IMG/VR virus record: IMGVR_UViG_3300033148_006239
Location: 41,325 to 105,324 of that record
From: a virus
Reading direction: 5' to 3' (one strand)
DNA: 64,000 nucleotides
Shown here in pieces: positions 59,978 through 64,000 of this stretch (position 1 is its first letter; every line of letters begins with the position of its first letter). A model generated the notes under the pieces. It saw only the letters and a program-made list of their open reading frames with translations. It did not search any database and was not told where the DNA came from. The position numbers and the translations under genes are program-made.

Positions 59978-60040
59978 TAATTTTTTACCATATATTATCA
60001 AAAACTTTATTATATTCTTATTAAATAATTTTTGTCTAAG

Positions 60041-60245
60041 ATCTTGGTTTTGGTAACCACATTCACCAAAACCAAGATTTTTATTATATTCTTATCACGT
60101 TGATTTTGTCGTCCATCCCAACTTTTTAAGCTACCTCGGTTTACATAAAGTTGGGATTTTATTATAATCTAATTACATGGTGATAGACCTCACCAATAAA
60201 ATCATACTAAATCTCCAAGCCCCTATAGTCCTGGGGCCTTTTATT
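60041..60245. terminator. cluster of hairpins with + strand T tracts
   Basis: 14-bp IR at 60041-60078, 11-bp IR at 60115-60157, GCCCC/GGGGC at about 60219-60237; each followed by TTTT(A)TT. Confidence 0.55.
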
Positions 60246-60409
60246 TAGTTCCCGCATTCACTATTCTTACAAACTAATCGTTTCTTAAATCCCGCGGCAT
60301 AATAAATCACACCAGGAATCAAACCACAACATAGTAAGATCACTAAAATGATGATACTTCCTCTTTCCTTAATCTTCTTCATACTTGTTCCACATTTTGG
60401 ACATTTCAT
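60245..60409 (-). CDS. LITAF-like zinc-ribbon membrane protein (54 aa)
   Basis: MKCPKCG...IIILVILLCCGLIPGVIYY...VCKNSECG; AAGGAG SD; not in the track. Confidence 0.7.
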   Translation of the reverse strand: MKCPKCGTSMKKIKERGSIIILVILLCCGLIPGVIYYAAGFKKRLVCKNSECGN

Positions 60410-60434
60410 AATTCACTCCTTTTTAAATCTTTTA

Positions 60435-60707
60435 TTATGCTTCATCTCTATTAAGAGGTAAACATTCCCAAATAGTATTCTTATACGAGGTTGAGTTGAC
60501 TTTATTTTTAAAGACTCTAACGTCATCATCTGTAGATCCAATATCTGCGTCATACTTATCTGATATTTTCATAATCTGCTCTGGAACTTCGTTATCAATA
60601 TAATTCAGAATTTCATTCCATCTAGTTGCTAGATTATTATTTTCAAATTCTTTTCCATCACTGGTTCTAAAGATAGTGACTGTTTCAATTTTGCTTTCGA
60701 TTTTCAT
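60435..60707 (-). CDS. hypothetical protein, paralog of 56711..57007
   Basis: Shared motifs. Confidence 0.6.
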   Translation of the reverse strand: MKIESKIETVTIFRTSDGKEFENNNLATRWNEILNYIDNEVPEQIMKISDKYDADIGSTDDDVRVFKNKVNSTSYKNTIWECLPLNRDEA

Positions 60708-60710
60708 AAT

Positions 60711-60914
60711 TTAATCCTTTCTAGATGGACAATTCTTTAAAATCTTTCTTTCACTAAAAATAGAACTTCCACCTGGTGATGATCTTTTCGGAGGCTTTAT
60801 ACTTGGTATACTACCTAATCTACATTCTCCATCTTCGTTTTCAAAATCTTGTTCCATCTTATTAGAACAAGATTCACAATCCCACTTCTCCATTAATTTT
60901 TTACTTATTCTCAT
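60711..60914 (-). CDS. small Cys-containing protein
   Basis: CESC...C...CP; AGGAG SD. Confidence 0.55.
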   Translation of the reverse strand: MRISKKLMEKWDCESCSNKMEQDFENEDGECRLGSIPSIKPPKRSSPGGSSIFSERKILKNCPSRKD

Positions 60915-60926
60915 AGCTTCTCCTTT

Positions 60927-61292
60927 TTATTTATTTCTAATAGCGTTCCACAGTCGTTTTAATAGATTTTGATATGGTTGCCTTAATTTTTCATCATTTA
61001 TTATTATGTGTTTTCTGTTTGTGACCGTTATTTGTATAGTTATTAATGCATATAGTTTTAACTCATCTTTAATCATACAAATGGCTTCTGTACTTAATCC
61101 TGGAATTACTATTAACAATTCTCCTGGTTTAGTATGATTTTCAATTATCACTGGAAAATCATACTTAAACTTCTTTTTAAAAAATTCAATATAATCTTGA
61201 ATCGTGATCAATCTTGATCTTAAAGTTAGTTCTTCAATCATTTCTCTTCCTTTATAATCCATCATTTTTAGCTTCATAGCCATAATTACCAA
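60927..61292 (-). CDS. hypothetical protein
   Basis: ORF; the start is probably an internal Met. Confidence 0.5.
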   Translation of the reverse strand: MVIMAMKLKMMDYKGREMIEELTLRSRLITIQDYIEFFKKKFKYDFPVIIENHTKPGELLIVIPGLSTEAICMIKDELKLYALITIQITVTNRKHIIINDEKLRQPYQNLLKRLWNAIRNK

Positions 61293-61437
61293 ATTCGCAT
61301 CTTGAACAATTTCCTAAATATATCTGCTCTTCCGCTGTCATGAGACTTTCGCAATATGGACATATACGTAGGTTTAATTTCTTCATCTCTCGAATTGTTT
61401 TCAATAACGCTATTAATGCTTTTAGTATACTATCCAT
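61252..61437 (-). CDS. small zinc-finger protein
   Basis: CPYC...CSRC. Confidence 0.5.
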   Translation of the reverse strand: MDSILKALIALLKTIREMKKLNLRICPYCESLMTAEEQIYLGNCSRCEFGNYGYEAKNDGL

Positions 61438-61700
61438 TATATTCTATCAAATTCTGCTTGAAATGCACTTCGCATATTTTCTATTTTCTTATATATCAAA
61501 TCAATAGCGTCATCTAATCCGATATCAAATTCTGTTTCATATTTTAAACAAATTACTTCCGTCCTTTTATCTCTCCAATAAACATTTATAGTCTCAATAG
61601 GAAGTTTTGAATGTGCTTCTGTAAATTCGTTTAATATTTTATCACATCTATTAATCTGATGTATTAAATGATTACCTCGATTCAATTGCTCCGTTGTCAT
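61437..61700 (-). CDS. hypothetical protein
   Basis: GGAG SD; first gene after a promoter motif. Confidence 0.6.
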   Translation of the reverse strand: MTTEQLNRGNHLIHQINRCDKILNEFTEAHSKLPIETINVYWRDKRTEVICLKYETEFDIGLDDAIDLIYKKIENMRSAFQAEFDRI

Positions 61701-61738
61701 AATTTACTCCATGTTTTTGATGTAAATTGTATTTAAAT

Positions 61739-61764
61739 ATAACAAAACTCAATCAAAATTAACA
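61739..61764 (-). promoter_or_regulatory. TGTTAA-N14-TGTTA motif
   Basis: Upstream of 61700. Confidence 0.6.
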
Positions 61765-61848
61765 CGTTTTTATTTGCACTTCTCAATTTTTTATAATTTT
61801 ACATATTATAAAGGAAGAAAATGTTTTCATTTTGTCGAGTACTACTCG

Positions 61849-61993
61849 ATATTTCAACAATTTTAAAAATGAACGGGAGGTTCGGTTGTCTTGATTATGT
61901 TAAGATTTTCAAATGTGTCATACTTAATATTTCAACAATTTTAAAAATGAACGTGTGAAACTTAATATTTCAGCAATTTTAAAAATGAACGTG
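61849..61993. repeat. three 27-bp direct repeats (iteron-like)
   Basis: atatttca(a/g)caattttaaaaatgaacg at 61849, 61927 and 61965; copies 2 and 3 extend to 34 bp. Confidence 0.9.
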
Positions 61994-62055
61994 ATATGGG
62001 GGAAGAGGGGTGGGTAAGTAATTATATAAATATATATATAACCACCATATAGGGG

Positions 62056-62701
62056 TTTTTTAAATTAAAATTTTTTAATTATATATATATTAATAATTTA
62101 TATAATATTAATTATTTAATTATTTAATTATATATATAATAATAATTTATATAAATATATAATATTATTATAATTATATTAATAATTTATAATATTAATT
62201 AAATTAATAATTTAAAATTATTTAATTATTATATATTTATATAATAATTAAATAATATAAATATAATTATATATATAATATATATTTATATAATAAATAA
62301 TTTTAAATTAATTAAATATATAATATATAATAACTTATATAATAATTAAATAATATAAATATAATTATATATATAATATATAATATATAAAAATAATTTT
62401 TATAAATATATATATATTAATAATTAAATAATAATAATATAATTTATTATATATTATATATTTATAAAAATTATTAAATATATTTATATAAATTATTAAA
62501 TAATAATAAATAATAAATAATATAATATATATTAATATAATTAATAATATAATATATATTTATATAATAATAAATATTAAATAATATAAATTATTATATA
62601 TATATAATTTATAAATATAATTAATTATATATATATAAATTATTAATAATATTATAATTATAAAATAAAAAATTATTTATTATATAATTATAATAAAAAT
62701 T
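62056..62701. other. almost pure A/T tract
   Basis: About 645 bp with a single C (62334) and no G; includes a 48-bp direct repeat at 62237 and 62335. Confidence 0.95.
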
Positions 62702-63270
62702 CCCCACAAAAAATAATTTTTAACCAACTTAATTTATATCAAACCAATAACTACTCTCAAACCTTTTTTATACCATCATCTCACAACTATTATATATTAT
62801 CTTATAATCTTAAAAAAAAATTTTTTTCATCTCTCTCTCTACATATCTTACTTATATACTCCCCATATAAAATTAATATCTACACTCTAAACATTAACAC
62901 CCCTTATATCATCTCAAACACCTCTACAATCAATCTTTCTCTACTCCCTATACTTTACCCCTACCCTATAATTAACTACTCTTAAAATCAATCCTCATCC
63001 AATCTCAAACATATTAACATATTAACAACTCTTCATATATCATCTCTATTTAAAAAAAATTTTTTTCATTTTTTATCAAAAAAATAAAATATAATATTTC
63101 TTTAATCTACACACCAACTTCTCTTATATACTCCCTATAAAAAATTAATATCTACACACCATTAACTATATCAAAACATTTAAAAACATTAATCTACACA
63201 CCAACAATTTTAAACAAAAAAAAATATATATCATATTTCTACAATATATATTTTATCCTTCTCCCACCAT
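62702..63270. repeat. G-less non-coding region with direct repeats
   Basis: cttatatactccc...attaatatctacac twice (~62851, ~63123); aaaaaaatttttttcat twice; aatctacacaccaac twice. Confidence 0.7.
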
Positions 63271-63276
63271 CCTAAT

Positions 63277-63402
63277 CTAAAATATATTTATCTTTATTTC
63301 CTCATCTCCCATTATACACTTACTTATCACAATCACTATATTTTCAAATCTTAACACTATCACTTCACACATCTCTACTTCATCAAAATAATTTTCTATC
63401 AT
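63277..63402 (-). CDS. cytosine-free small protein (41 aa)
   Basis: GGAGG SD, then MIENYFDEVEMCEVIVLRFENIVIVISKCIMGDEEIKINIF; no C in the coding strand; not in the track. Confidence 0.55.
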   Translation of the reverse strand: MIENYFDEVEMCEVIVLRFENIVIVISKCIMGDEEIKINIF

Positions 63403-63472
63403 ATTTACCTCCAATAAATATTTTAATCTACACAAACATTACTTTATTTTTCCCACCAACCCACCCCATAAA

Positions 63473-63898
63473 TTATTTATCACCTTCCTTTTCATTCATA
63501 TTTTTTAACTCTTCTTTCATCCTTACAATCTCTTTCTCTAATCTTTCTTTCCTTAACTCTCCACTTACTCCCCCCAACTCTCTTAAATAACTATTATCTA
63601 CACCTTTTTCAATATTATTTATATAATATAAATAATAATTACTACTTCTATAAACATTCCATTCTTCATTAAACAAACTTTCACACAATTCTTTCTTATC
63701 CTTCCCATCTTTCAACCCTTTAATTAAATATTCATACACATATTTAATCTTCACTTTATCCAACTTATCTTTACTCCCACTCACTCCCTTATCCTTCACA
63801 ATCACTTTTTCTTTCAATTCTTTTACTTCTTTCTCTAATTCTTTCACTACTACACTCTTTTCTAAATCACTTTTTAAAACCTTATCATTCTTTTTCAT
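63473..63898 (-). CDS. cytosine-free protein (141 aa, charged/helical)
   Basis: GGAGG-AAAAT-ATG start at 63898; no C in the coding strand; the protein lacks Ala, Pro, Thr, Gln and His. Confidence 0.8.
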   Translation of the reverse strand: MKKNDKVLKSDLEKSVVVKELEKEVKELKEKVIVKDKGVSGSKDKLDKVKIKYVYEYLIKGLKDGKDKKELCESLFNEEWNVYRSSNYYLYYINNIEKGVDNSYLRELGGVSGELRKERLEKEIVRMKEELKNMNEKEGDK

Positions 63899-63924
63899 AT
63901 TTTCCTCCAAAACATTTTAAATCC

Positions 63925-63999
63925 TCACTTTATCCCATCACACCCACAATCAAATCCTTTTTTTAACCTCCATCCATAAACATAATAAAACATATTAAA
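63925..63999 (-). CDS. possible 3' end of another cytosine-free ORF
   Basis: Open frame ...FNMFYYVYGWRLKKGFDCGCDGIK* entering from the window edge. Confidence 0.3.
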   Translation of the reverse strand, partial: FNMFYYVYGWRLKKGFDCGCDGIK

Positions 64000-64000
64000 A

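Noticed and set aside
61849-61993. Possible mini-CRISPR array
   Set aside because: The gaps between the 27-bp repeats are 51 and 11 bp, too irregular for spacers, and no cas genes are present.
61998-62055. G-quadruplex
   Set aside because: The fourth G run is about 37 nt away across an A/T loop, which is too weak to call.
1-64000. Stop-codon reassignment
   Set aside because: Core genes (TerL, portal, MCP, DnaB, TMP) are full-length in the standard code, and TAA, TAG and TGA all end genes.
62056-64000. G-less tract as a simple bisulfite or deamination artefact
   Set aside because: Random C-to-T conversion would turn CAA/CAG/CGA into stops, yet a 141-codon ORF and SD-led starts are intact. 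Considered unlikely, but it still needs read-level confirmation.

Overview
The window is a 64-kb segment of an AT-rich (roughly 25% GC by eye) tailed dsDNA phage with a contractile tail. Essentially every real gene is on the minus strand and reads in the standard code. In transcription order (right to left) it holds: (1) a ~1.95-kb terminal stretch (62056-64000) with no G on the + strand, so the coding strand has no C, yet it carries intact SD-led genes; its left part is a ~645-bp almost pure A/T tract next to iteron-like repeats; (2) many small accessory genes, several with zinc fingers, plus a signal-peptide HNH nuclease and a candidate sRNA; (3) packaging and head genes (probable TerS, two duplicated Ig-like genes, TerL, portal, a head-accessory block, an XkdF-like protease with nested scaffold, and a capsid protein with an inserted domain); (4) neck, sheath, gp19-type tube, a frameshifted chaperone, tape measure, an eCIS-like baseplate and a tail fibre; (5) lysis genes; (6) replication genes (DnaC-like loader, DnaB, 5'-3' exonuclease, primase), a tRNA-shaped RNA, a tubulin/FtsZ-family GTPase and a sigma factor; (7) a nucleotide and nucleotide-sugar operon suggestive of DNA hypermodification. 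The strongest novelty candidate is the cytosine-free gene region. A recurrent TGTTAA-N14-TGTTA promoter-like motif and the tRNA-like RNA come next. All product calls come from motif recognition by eye, not database searches.
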